From positions 1-64,000 of the forward strand of contig JAYZQJ010000279.1 in the NCBI GenBank assembly GCA_036149055.1: a stretch of DNA of 64,000 nucleotides. Reading direction: 5' to 3'. Position numbers and translations under genes: made by a program. A model generated the notes under the pieces. It saw only the letters and a program-made list of their open reading frames with translations, ran no database searches and was not told the DNA's origin. Every line of letters begins with the position of its first letter. Positions within the stretch are counted from its first letter, which is position 1. Below are positions 45,562-54,441 of the stretch, one piece after another. Origin of the DNA: Myxococcota bacterium. GTDB lineage: Bacteria > Myxococcota_A > Polyangia > Polyangiales > Sandaracinaceae.

Positions 45562-45891
45562 CTACATGGCGCCGTCGAGCTTCTGCGCGAGGATCGTCTT
45601 GGGCGCGAGGCCGACCTGCTGGTCGACCACCTCACCGCCCTTGAAGATCAGGATCGTGGGGACGCCGCGGATCTGGAAACGGCGCGCCGTCTCCGGGCTC
45701 TCGTCGATGTCGAGCTTGGCCACCTTGGCCTTGCCGCTGTACTCGTCCGCGAGCTGATCGACGAGGGGCGCGATCTGCCGGCACGGGCCGCACCACGTCG
45801 CGGTGAAATCGACGAGCACGGGCTGGTCGGACTTGACCACCTCGTCTTCGAAGTTGAGGTCGTTCACGGACACGACGTTCTTGCCTGCCAT
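45562..45891 (-). CDS. trxA: Thioredoxin
   Basis: VLVDFTATWCGPC, IRGVPT; upstream TTGACA-N17-TATCAC promoter-like site (45940-45968). Confidence 0.95.
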   Translation of the reverse strand: MAGKNVVSVNDLNFEDEVVKSDQPVLVDFTATWCGPCRQIAPLVDQLADEYSGKAKVAKLDIDESPETARRFQIRGVPTILIFKGGEVVDQQVGLAPKTILAQKLDGAM

Positions 45892-46025
45892 GCTGCTGCT
45901 CCCATTCCGGACCGCCCGAAGAGGGCGATCGACCCGCAAGTGATAGGAACCGCGGCGAGCCATGTCAATCGGAGCGCGCCTCCCGGATCCATGACGTCGA
46001 CGGCCCGGGGAGGTAGAGTTCCGGC

Positions 46026-46439
46026 GTGCGCGCCAACCGCCTCTTCGTCCCGCAAGCGATGCTCGATCTCTGGCTCTCCGAGGAGCGAGTGGAGGTCGAG
46101 GGCGAGGTGATGATCACCCGGCCCGAGGGACAGCGGCTCGAGCTGACCACCGCGGTGCTGTTCAAGGAGGAGGTGACCGGATCGCCGGACGCCCACGACC
46201 TCCTCGGGAAAGTGAAGGATCTGGAACAGTTGGCGGAGATCGGCGCGGAGCACTATGCCGACTCCGTGCTGCTCGGCGACAACGCGTACCAGGTGGTGGA
46301 GGGCTTCGCCGGCACCCCGCTCGCGGACGACGACGCGGTGATCGGCGACAGCCTGTCCGCGGCGGCGCGGGCCCTGACCGGCGAGCGCGCGGGCTCGGGC
46401 GAGATCGACCTGCTCGCCCGCTTCCTCCAGAGCCGGTGA
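46026..46439 (+). CDS. Hypothetical protein
   Basis: Coding-like composition; first gene of the ccsA-hemA-hemC run. Confidence 0.7.
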   Translation: MRANRLFVPQAMLDLWLSEERVEVEGEVMITRPEGQRLELTTAVLFKEEVTGSPDAHDLLGKVKDLEQLAEIGAEHYADSVLLGDNAYQVVEGFAGTPLADDDAVIGDSLSAAARALTGERAGSGEIDLLARFLQSR

Positions 46440-46443
46440 AGCG

Positions 46444-47271
46444 GTGGGAGACGACGCCATGTGGGTGACCGCCCTGTTCGGCCTGACCGCGGCCCTGTAC
46501 GCGATCGCGGCGGGGCTCTACGTGCTCTTCCTCGCGCGGGGCACCGAGGGCGGCGCGACCTGGGCGGCCCGGGTGCTCGGCGGCGCGGTGGCGTCCCACG
46601 GCGCGTTCCTCGTCTCGAACTGGGCGGTGCTCGGCACCGTGCCCACCGCGGACATCCACCAGGCGCTCGCGGTCCTCTCGCTGGTGCTGGTGCTCGTCTT
46701 CCTGCTGACCGCGCGGAGCCAGGACCGGCTGCACGTGCTGGGGGCGTTCATCACCCCGGTCACCCTGCTCCTGTTCCTCGGGGCCGCGTTCCGGCGCGGG
46801 GTGGGCCCGGTGCCCGAGGGGGTGAAGTCGGCGCTGCTGCCGGTCCACGTCGGCGTGAACGTGCTCGGGCTCGCGGCCTTCGCGCTCGCGGCCGCGGCGG
46901 CGCTCGCCTACCTGCTCCAGGAGCGGCAGCTCCGCCAGAAGCGGCTCGGCGGGCTGATGCAGCGGCTCCCGGCGCTCGACGTGCTGGACACGCTGGGGCT
47001 GCGCTCGGTGCTGGTCGGCTTCCCGCTCCTGACGGTCGGCGTGGTGACCGGCACGATCTGGGCGGTGCAGCTCCACCACGGGGGCTTCGGGCTGAGCGCC
47101 GCGCAGGGCTTCGGCCTGCTCTCGTGGCTGCTCTTCGCGGGGGTGCTGCTGCTCCGGGTCGCGGCCGGCTGGCGGGGGCGCAAGGCGGCCATCGGCACGG
47201 TGCTCGGGTTCCTCAGCACGATGGTCGTGCTCGTGGGCTACATGCTTCGGGGGACGGAGGGCCTCGGCTGA
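46444..47271 (+). CDS. Cytochrome c assembly protein (CcsA/HemX-like)
   Basis: Multi-TM; LPVHV, YLLQERQLRQK, RLPALDVLD, GFPLLTVGVVTG.IWA, GWRGRKAA; precedes hemA. Confidence 0.85.
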   Translation: MGDDAMWVTALFGLTAALYAIAAGLYVLFLARGTEGGATWAARVLGGAVASHGAFLVSNWAVLGTVPTADIHQALAVLSLVLVLVFLLTARSQDRLHVLGAFITPVTLLLFLGAAFRRGVGPVPEGVKSALLPVHVGVNVLGLAAFALAAAAALAYLLQERQLRQKRLGGLMQRLPALDVLDTLGLRSVLVGFPLLTVGVVTGTIWAVQLHHGGFGLSAAQGFGLLSWLLFAGVLLLRVAAGWRGRKAAIGTVLGFLSTMVVLVGYMLRGTEGLG

Positions 47272-48599
47272 TGTCCTCGAACGATCTCCTCGTGGTGGGG
47301 ATGAGCCATCGGACCTCGCCGGTGGCGCTGCGCGAGCGGCTGGCGGTCGAGGGCAAGGCGCTCGAGGCGAGCGTCCGCGAGATCCACGACTCGGCGCTCC
47401 TCCCGGAGGTGCTGCTCCTGAGCACCTGCAACCGGGTGGAGGTCTACGTCGGCGGCGAGGATCGCGAGCGGACGGCGAGCGCGGTCGCGCAGTGGCTCGA
47501 GGGCCGCGCGGGCGAGCGGGTGAGCGACTACCTCTACGTGCACCACGGCGAGGAGGCGGTGCGCCACGCCTTCCGCGTCGCGGCGAGCCTCGACTCGATG
47601 GTGGTCGGCGAGCCGCAGATCCTCGGCCAGGTCAAGGAGGCGTACTTCGCCTCCAAGAGCACCGGCAGCCTCGGCACCCTGCTCGACCGCTGCTTCAGCA
47701 CGGCGTTCGCGGTGGCCAAGAAGGTCCGCAGCGAGACCACCATCGCCGAGGGCTCGGTCAGCGTCAGCTCGATCGCGGGCGACCTCGCCAAGAAGATCTT
47801 CGGCAACCTCGACGGTCGGCGGGTGCTCCTCGTCGGCGCGGGCGAGATGGGCGAGGCCGCGGGCAAGCACCTGCGCAAGGCCGGCGCCTCGCTCTTCGTG
47901 GTGAACCGGAGCCCGGAGAAGGCGGAGGCGCTCGCCCGGGAGCTCGACGGGCAGGCGCGCGGCCTCGAGGCGCTGTCGACCGAGCTCGCGCAGGCCGACG
48001 TGGCGATCGCCTCGACCTCGAGCCCCCGCTTCGTGATCACGCCCGAGCTGATGAAGCCCGTGATCAAGGCGCGCCGCCACCGGCCGCTGTTCCTGATCGA
48101 CATCGCCGTGCCGCGCGACGTCGATCCCCGCGTCGGGGAGATGGACAACGTCTTCCTCTACGACGTGGACGACCTCGAGCAGGTCGCGCAGGAGAACCTC
48201 GACGCCCGGCGCCGCGAGGCGGACGCGGCGGAGCGCATCGTGACCCTCGAGGTCGCCGCGTTCGAGCGGTGGCGCCGCTCGGGGGTGCTCAAGCCGACGA
48301 TCGTCGCGCTCCGTCAGAAGGTGCGCGGCACGCTCGCGGCCGAGCTCGAACGAACCCTGCCGCGCCTCAGCGGCGTCACGGAGCGCGAGCGGCGCTCGCT
48401 GGACAAGATGATCGACGCGATGACGAACAAGCTCCTTCACCGCACCATCAGCGAGCTGAAGGCCCACGCCGACACCCCGGAGGGCGAGGCGCTGCTGCGA
48501 CACGCCCGGCTGCTCTACGAGCTCGAGGAGGACAACGAGCCGAGCGCCCAGAGCCCGGTCGTGCGCAAGAACCTCTCGCCCGCGAAGGGGGAGTCATGA
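47271..48599 (+). CDS. hemA: Glutamyl-tRNA reductase
   Basis: GMSHRTSPVALRE, STCNRVE, SLDSMVVGEPQILGQVK, GAGEMG, IDIAVPRDV. Confidence 0.97.
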   Translation: MSSNDLLVVGMSHRTSPVALRERLAVEGKALEASVREIHDSALLPEVLLLSTCNRVEVYVGGEDRERTASAVAQWLEGRAGERVSDYLYVHHGEEAVRHAFRVAASLDSMVVGEPQILGQVKEAYFASKSTGSLGTLLDRCFSTAFAVAKKVRSETTIAEGSVSVSSIAGDLAKKIFGNLDGRRVLLVGAGEMGEAAGKHLRKAGASLFVVNRSPEKAEALARELDGQARGLEALSTELAQADVAIASTSSPRFVITPELMKPVIKARRHRPLFLIDIAVPRDVDPRVGEMDNVFLYDVDDLEQVAQENLDARRREADAAERIVTLEVAAFERWRRSGVLKPTIVALRQKVRGTLAAELERTLPRLSGVTERERRSLDKMIDAMTNKLLHRTISELKAHADTPEGEALLRHARLLYELEEDNEPSAQSPVVRKNLSPAKGES

Positions 48600-49597
48600 G
48601 CCGCGTCATCCGCATCGCGACCCGCAAGAGCCCGCTCGCCCTCGCGCAGACGCGCTGGGTCGGGGAGCGCATCCGCGCCCGGGCGCCGGACGTGACGATC
48701 GAGGAGCTCCACGTGGTCACCAAGGGCGACCAGGTGATCGACAAGCCGCTCGCGAAGATCGGCGGCAAGGGCCTCTTCATCAGCGAGGTGGAGGCCTGCC
48801 TGCTCGAGGGCCGGGCCGAGCTCGCGGTGCACTCGATGAAGGACGTGCCGGACGAGCTCGCCGAGGGCTTCGACATCCTCTGCGTCCCGGAGCGCGAGGA
48901 CCCGCGAGACGTGCTCGTCTCGGCGGGCGGCAAGGAGCTGAGCGAGCTGTCGCAGGGCGCGGTGATCGGCACCTCGTCGCTGCGCCGGTCGTGTCAGCTG
49001 CGCGCGGCGCGCCCCGACCTCCAGTTCAAGGTGCTGCGCGGCAACGTCGGCACCCGGCTGCGCAAGCTCGACGAGGGGCAGTACGACGCGATCGTGCTCG
49101 CCTACGCGGGCATGAAGCGGCTGGGCCTCGACGCCGAGCGCGAGCTCTGGCCGCTGCCCGAGGACACCTCGGTCCCCGCCGTCGGGCAGGGCGCGCTCGG
49201 CATCGAAGGCAAGGTGGACGACCCGGCGCTGCGCGATCTGCTGGTGGATCTCGAGCACGGCCCGACCCGGCTCGCGGTCGAGGCGGAGCGCGCCTACCTC
49301 TCGCGCCTGCAGGGCAGCTGCACCACGCCGATCGCCGCCTTCGCGCGCTTCGACGACGACGGCGAGACCCGCATGCGCATGGACGGCATGGTCGGCTCGG
49401 TCGACGGCGAGACGCTGCTGAGCGCCTCGATCGACGGCTACGTGGACGCCCCCGACCACGCGGCCCGTCTCCAGCAGGCCGCGCGCATGGGCGTCGAGCT
49501 CGCCGAGATGCAGCTCGACCGCGGCGCCGCCGAGCTCATCCAGGCCGCGAAGGCGACCGAGGACCCCTACCTCATCGGCCCCTACGGCCCGCATTGA
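48596..49597 (+). CDS. hemC: Hydroxymethylbilane synthase
   Basis: IATRKSPLALAQ, GGKGLF, AVHSMKD, GTSSLRR, RGNVGTRL, PAVGQG, QGSCTTP. Confidence 0.97.
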   Translation: MSRVIRIATRKSPLALAQTRWVGERIRARAPDVTIEELHVVTKGDQVIDKPLAKIGGKGLFISEVEACLLEGRAELAVHSMKDVPDELAEGFDILCVPEREDPRDVLVSAGGKELSELSQGAVIGTSSLRRSCQLRAARPDLQFKVLRGNVGTRLRKLDEGQYDAIVLAYAGMKRLGLDAERELWPLPEDTSVPAVGQGALGIEGKVDDPALRDLLVDLEHGPTRLAVEAERAYLSRLQGSCTTPIAAFARFDDDGETRMRMDGMVGSVDGETLLSASIDGYVDAPDHAARLQQAARMGVELAEMQLDRGAAELIQAAKATEDPYLIGPYGPH

Positions 49598-49664
49598 GCG
49601 TGACAGCGGCCCGTGACAGCGGCGTGTCGCGGGGGTGGCGGCGCGCTGCTAGGCTCCCTGGCGC

Positions 49665-51302
49665 GTGCAGAGGCAGTTTCTCTTCTTCGCGGCCCTGACG
49701 GGCCTCCTCGGGTGCGACGGCGCGGCGCCGAGCCCCGTCCCCGACGCCGGGCCGGCGCTGATGGCGCGCTGCGAGGCGATGGAGGGCGACGCGGTGGAGC
49801 TGCCGGCGCTGCGCTCCACGCTCGGCGGCACGATCCGGCCGGTCGCCGCGCGGAGGGAGGCGGACCCCAACCTCGATCCGTCGACCGAGGAGGCGGAGCT
49901 GCACTACCTGTCGATGGGCCTCGCCGACTACGAGGCGGGGCCGGGCCAGCCGCGGGTGATCCGCCGCGAGCTCGCCCGCGACGGCGAAGCGGGAGAGCGG
50001 CGCTCGCTCGCGTGGTTCGCGGTGCTCAGCGACTTCCAGCTGACCGACGACGAGTCGCCCGCGCGGTGGGCCGGCACCGACACGCCGAACGAGCTGACCT
50101 CGAGCGCCAAGCGGCCGCAGGAGGCGTACCTGCCGCGGGCGGTGAGCGCCATGAACCGCACCCTGACCCGGCTCGCCGACGAGACGCGGCCCTTCGACTT
50201 CGGCGTGGTGACCGGCGACTGCGCCGACAACGCCCAGCTGAACGAGCTGCGCTGGGTCATCGGGCTGATGGACGGCGAGCGCGTCCACGCCGACAGCGGC
50301 GACGACGACGATCCGCTCCCCGGGCCCGACAACGATCCCAAGGATCCGTTCGACGCGACGCCCTTCCCCGCGCCGTGGCTCTACGTGCCCGGCAACCACG
50401 ACGTGGAGGTCATCGGCATCTTCCCTCCCGACGAGGAGCACGGCGCGCGCGCGGTCGGCTCGATGGCGCCGCTGGGGACGCGCGACTACCGCGAGCGGTG
50501 GGCGCCGGTGACGAACGGGCCCGTCCCCGCCGACCCCGAGCGGCGCCTGCTGCTGCTCGACGAGATCGTGGCCGAGCTGCAGGACACGCGCGCCGAGCCC
50601 GGGCCCATCGGACACGGCTACGACGCGGGCGCGGATCTCACCCACGGCGGCAGCTACGTGCGCGACGTCGTCCCCGGCGTGCTGCGCCTCGTCGTGATCG
50701 ACACGAACGATCCATCGGGCGGCTCGCTCGGCATGATCCGGCGCGACCGCCTCGAGGGCTTCCTGGAGCCGGCGCTCGACGCGGCGGCCCGCGACGGAGT
50801 GCTGGTGGTGCTCGCGAGCCACCACGCCACCACCGACATGGACACGCGCTACGGCGAGGCCGGCGGCACCGATCCCGAGGCGGTCGAGCCGGCGGCGATC
50901 GAGGCCGCCATCGCCGCGCACCCGGAGGTCATCGCCTGGGTCGTCGGCCACGCCCACCGCCACCGCGCGCGCCTCGTCGCGCCGCCCGGGGAGCGCGGGT
51001 ACTGGGAGCTGATGACGCCGGCGCTCGCGGACTGGCCGGCGCAGGCCCGGGTGATGGAGGTCGTCGACGACGGGGACGGCAACCTCAGCGTCTACGCGAC
51101 CGCCGTCGACTTCGACGCCGATCACTGCCTCGAGCGCCGCTTCCGCCGCCTCACCCTGCTGGACGATCGCAGCGGCTGGGCGCCCGATCACTCCGCGACC
51201 GACGCCGACGTCAACGTCCGCCTCGTCGTGCGCGCGCCGCCGTCGGTCCGCGACGCGATCGCGGCCGCCGAAGGCCACGAGGTCTGGAGCGATCGCCTGT
51301 GA
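49665..51302 (+). CDS. Calcineurin-like metallophosphoesterase lipoprotein
   Basis: LLGC lipobox; SDFQLTDDESP, TGDCADN, PGNHD, ASHH, GHAH, ADWP.Q.R. Confidence 0.82.
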   Translation: MQRQFLFFAALTGLLGCDGAAPSPVPDAGPALMARCEAMEGDAVELPALRSTLGGTIRPVAARREADPNLDPSTEEAELHYLSMGLADYEAGPGQPRVIRRELARDGEAGERRSLAWFAVLSDFQLTDDESPARWAGTDTPNELTSSAKRPQEAYLPRAVSAMNRTLTRLADETRPFDFGVVTGDCADNAQLNELRWVIGLMDGERVHADSGDDDDPLPGPDNDPKDPFDATPFPAPWLYVPGNHDVEVIGIFPPDEEHGARAVGSMAPLGTRDYRERWAPVTNGPVPADPERRLLLLDEIVAELQDTRAEPGPIGHGYDAGADLTHGGSYVRDVVPGVLRLVVIDTNDPSGGSLGMIRRDRLEGFLEPALDAAARDGVLVVLASHHATTDMDTRYGEAGGTDPEAVEPAAIEAAIAAHPEVIAWVVGHAHRHRARLVAPPGERGYWELMTPALADWPAQARVMEVVDDGDGNLSVYATAVDFDADHCLERRFRRLTLLDDRSGWAPDHSATDADVNVRLVVRAPPSVRDAIAAAEGHEVWSDRL

Positions 51303-51363
51303 GGTGACGGCGGGCGCGGGTTCTGCGACGATGGGGGCCTCCCCCTTTGGCTGGAGGCTTCTC

Positions 51364-52677
51364 ATGCGCGTGCTCTCTCCGATCCTGTGCTTCGCCCTTC
51401 TCCTCGGTGCCTGCGGCGACGGGGAGGGCCCCGCCGACGGCGAGGTCCCGGGCATGGACGCCGCGCTCGGCGACGGAGGCGGAGGCGACGGAGGCGGTAG
51501 CGACGGCGGCGCCGACGACGGAGGCGCCGACGACGGGGGGATCGACCGCGACGGCTCCACGCCTCCGCCGGTGACGTGTGAGGTGGTCGGAGAGACCTGC
51601 GCCGACGACGCGGACTGCTGCTCGAGGACGTGCGAGGGCGGCGCCTGCGCGGCCAACCCCATCTCGACCTGCGATCCGCTCGGCGAGTCGTGCGCCAGCG
51701 GAGCCGAGTGTTGCTCGCGACGCTGCGCGGCCGCGGACGGCGCTCCCTGCGACGGTGACGGATGCCGGTGCGCGTTCGCGGCCGACTGCCGCACCACCGG
51801 CGATCTCTGCACCGACGACAGCGAGTGCTGCATCGGGCTCTGCGACCGCCCGGGCGGGGCCGCCGTCGGGCGGTGCGCCTCGGCCGGGTCCTGCCGGGTG
51901 GCCGGCGAGCCCTGCGAGACCGAGGGCCTGAGCGGCGCGTGCTGCTCCACCGCCTGCCTCGACCGCGACGGCACCGGGGTGCCGACCTGTCAGCGCCTCG
52001 GCGGCTGCCTCGTCCAGGACGAGGTCTGCGCGACCGACGCCCAGTGCTGCAGCGGCTCGTGCGCCGACATGGGGACCGGCGCGGACGGCCGCCCGATCCG
52101 ACGCTGCGCGAACGCGGGCTCGTGCCTCCCGGCCGGCGAGGTCTGCGGCGACGGCGGCGCGAGCAGCAACTGCTGCCCGAACGGCGGGGGCGACACCGGC
52201 TGCGTCATGGGCGCGGAGGGCATCCGGCGCTGCCTCGGCGGCGACGGGAGCTGCACCCTGCCGGCCGAGACGTGCACGTCCCCGGCCGACTGCTGCATCG
52301 AGACGTTCCCGGAGCTGACCTGCGCCGCCGGGCCGAGCGGCTCCATGGTGTGCTGCCTCCCCGACGGTGAAGACTGCGCGACCGGCAGCACCTGCTGCTC
52401 CGGGGTCTGCGCGCCCGACGCCACCGGTCGCCTGGTCTGCGGCGCCATGTGCCTCGCCGACGGGGCCGCCTGCACCACCGACGCCGACTGCTGCGGCTGC
52501 GGCTGCGTGAGCGACGGCATGGGCGGACAGGTCTGCACCAGCGACGCGAGCCTCTGCGGCCCGTGCACGCTCGCCCAGCTCGGCGAGTCGTGCACCGCGG
52601 ACGCGGACTGCTGCAACCCCGACACGGTCCGCTGCGCGACCGAGGTGGAGTTCTCGACGTGCGTGCTGCGCCGATGA
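51364..52677 (+). CDS. Cys-rich lipoprotein with ten C-C-CC-C-C repeats
   Basis: LLGAC lipobox, DG-rich linker, repeats such as CEVVGETCADDADCCSRTCEGGAC. Confidence 0.8.
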   Translation: MRVLSPILCFALLLGACGDGEGPADGEVPGMDAALGDGGGGDGGGSDGGADDGGADDGGIDRDGSTPPPVTCEVVGETCADDADCCSRTCEGGACAANPISTCDPLGESCASGAECCSRRCAAADGAPCDGDGCRCAFAADCRTTGDLCTDDSECCIGLCDRPGGAAVGRCASAGSCRVAGEPCETEGLSGACCSTACLDRDGTGVPTCQRLGGCLVQDEVCATDAQCCSGSCADMGTGADGRPIRRCANAGSCLPAGEVCGDGGASSNCCPNGGGDTGCVMGAEGIRRCLGGDGSCTLPAETCTSPADCCIETFPELTCAAGPSGSMVCCLPDGEDCATGSTCCSGVCAPDATGRLVCGAMCLADGAACTTDADCCGCGCVSDGMGGQVCTSDASLCGPCTLAQLGESCTADADCCNPDTVRCATEVEFSTCVLRR

Positions 52678-53243
52678 GGGTCTGCCTCCTCGCGATCCTG
52701 CTCGCGGGCTGCGGAGGCGGCGTCGCGTCCGACGAGGCGGCCCGCGCGGCCTACCTCGGCCTCGACGACATGGTCGAGAAGGCCATGAGCCTCGGCTTCG
52801 ACGGCTTCAACGCCGCGAGCAGCGCGAACATCCCGGAGCAGTCGACCACCGGCGACGAGCTGGGCACGCTCGTCGTCACCGGCCAGGTGGACCAGGGCGC
52901 GAGCCCGAACAAGGAGATGCGGCTCCGCGCCGCTCTCGCCGAGTACCAGGACGTGGTGCTCGTCGAGGACGAGCTCGTGATCGTCTACGACAGCGTGGCG
53001 CCGCTCGAGCTGGACCTCAGCCTGCGCGACATCCCGAGCGGCACCCTGAGCGGGACGCTGCGAGGCGAGCTGTCGATGACCGGGGACCTCGAGGGCACCG
53101 TGGTGCTCGACCTCGCCATCGACGGCGAGATCGAGCCCGACCCGGCCGACGAGTCCCGCGTGCGCCGGGTCCCCGGGACCACCACCATTCGCGGCACCGC
53201 GACCTCGCCCTACGGCGTCTTCGAGGTCGACGTCACCCGCTGA
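52674..53243 (+). CDS. Beta-strand-rich lipoprotein, unknown function
   Basis: MRVCLLAILLAGC lipobox; ATGA overlap with the Cys-rich gene. Confidence 0.7.
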   Translation: MRVCLLAILLAGCGGGVASDEAARAAYLGLDDMVEKAMSLGFDGFNAASSANIPEQSTTGDELGTLVVTGQVDQGASPNKEMRLRAALAEYQDVVLVEDELVIVYDSVAPLELDLSLRDIPSGTLSGTLRGELSMTGDLEGTVVLDLAIDGEIEPDPADESRVRRVPGTTTIRGTATSPYGVFEVDVTR

Positions 53244-53342
53244 CGGCGGCGACACGCCACGGCCGTGGCGAAACGACGCGCGGCGGGGCCGAGGCCGCTG
53301 AGCTGGCGCGCTCTTGGTGCGGCGGTTGCTGCGCTCCGGAGC

Positions 53343-53852
53343 ATGCGACGCGCTGCATGGTCCCCTTACCTCGTGGGCGCCGGGATCGGCGTCCTCAGCT
53401 GGATCGCCTTCCTCACGGCCGCGCATCCGCTGGGCATCACCACCGCGTACGAACGAACGGCCGCCCTGGCGCTGGCCCCGCTCGGGCTCGCCTCCAGCTA
53501 CCTGAGCGAGAACGAGCTCGTCCTGGGCTGGGAGTGGATGCTCGTGATCGGCGTCTTCCTCGGCGCGCTCGCCAGCGCGCTCTGGGGCCGCGACCGGGAG
53601 CCGATGAGCGTGCCCCCGATGTGGGCGGCGCGCTTCGGGCCGTCGCGGGGCAAGCGCCTCGTGACGGCCTTCGCCGGCGGCGCCCTGATGCTCTTCGGCG
53701 CCCGGCTCGCCGACGGCTGCACGAGCGGACACGGGATCAGCGGCAACCTCCAGCTCGCCGTCTCGAGCTGGTTGTTCACCGCGATCTTCGCCGCGGTCTC
53801 GATCGTCGTCGCGCTCACCCTCTTCGGGCGAAAGGACCGGCGCCATGTTTGA
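53343..53852 (+). CDS. YeeE/YedE sulfur-compound transporter family protein (half 1)
   Basis: WSPYLVG, PLGITT, FGARLADGCTSGHGISG. Confidence 0.88.
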   Translation: MRRAAWSPYLVGAGIGVLSWIAFLTAAHPLGITTAYERTAALALAPLGLASSYLSENELVLGWEWMLVIGVFLGALASALWGRDREPMSVPPMWAARFGPSRGKRLVTAFAGGALMLFGARLADGCTSGHGISGNLQLAVSSWLFTAIFAAVSIVVALTLFGRKDRRHV

Positions 53853-54426
53853 GCCCCTCCCCCGCATGCTCGGTGGCCTGCTGATCGGGATCGCCTTCGG
53901 CGTCCTCCTGCAGAAGGGCCAGGTCGCCAAGTACCGCGTCATCGTGCAGCAGCTCACGCTCGAGCGCTGGACCGTCGCGAAGATCATGGGCACCGCGATC
54001 GTGGTCGGAGGGCTGGGCATCTACGCCCTGCTCCCCGCGGGCGCGGTCACGCTGCACCTGAAGCCCCTGCTCGTCGGAGGCGTGGTCCTCGGCGGGATCA
54101 GCTTCGGTGTGGGGCTCGCCCTGCTCGGCTACTGCCCGGGCACCACGCTCGCCGCGTGCGCGGAGGGGCGGCGTGACGCGTGGGTCGGGCTGCTGGGCGG
54201 GCTCGTCGGCGCCGGCGTCTTCGTCGCAGCCCACGACTCGTGGACCGCGGTGCAGCGGTGGGGAGGGGACCACGGGGAGCTCACGCTGCCCGAGCTCGTC
54301 GGGGCGCCCGGATGGGCCTGGCTCGCGGGCCTCGGGCTGCTCATCGCCCTCGCGGCCGTGTGGCGTCGCCGCCCCCCGCGTCGCGACGACGACGGCTTCC
54401 GTCCCCCCGCGCGATCTCACCCCTGA
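53845..54426 (+). CDS. YeeE/YedE family protein (half 2)
   Basis: GIAFGVLLQKG, FGVGLALLGYCPGT, EGRRDA. Confidence 0.88.
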   Translation: MFEPLPRMLGGLLIGIAFGVLLQKGQVAKYRVIVQQLTLERWTVAKIMGTAIVVGGLGIYALLPAGAVTLHLKPLLVGGVVLGGISFGVGLALLGYCPGTTLAACAEGRRDAWVGLLGGLVGAGVFVAAHDSWTAVQRWGGDHGELTLPELVGAPGWAWLAGLGLLIALAAVWRRRPPRRDDDGFRPPARSHP

Positions 54427-54441
54427 AGAAGGAGAACCTTC

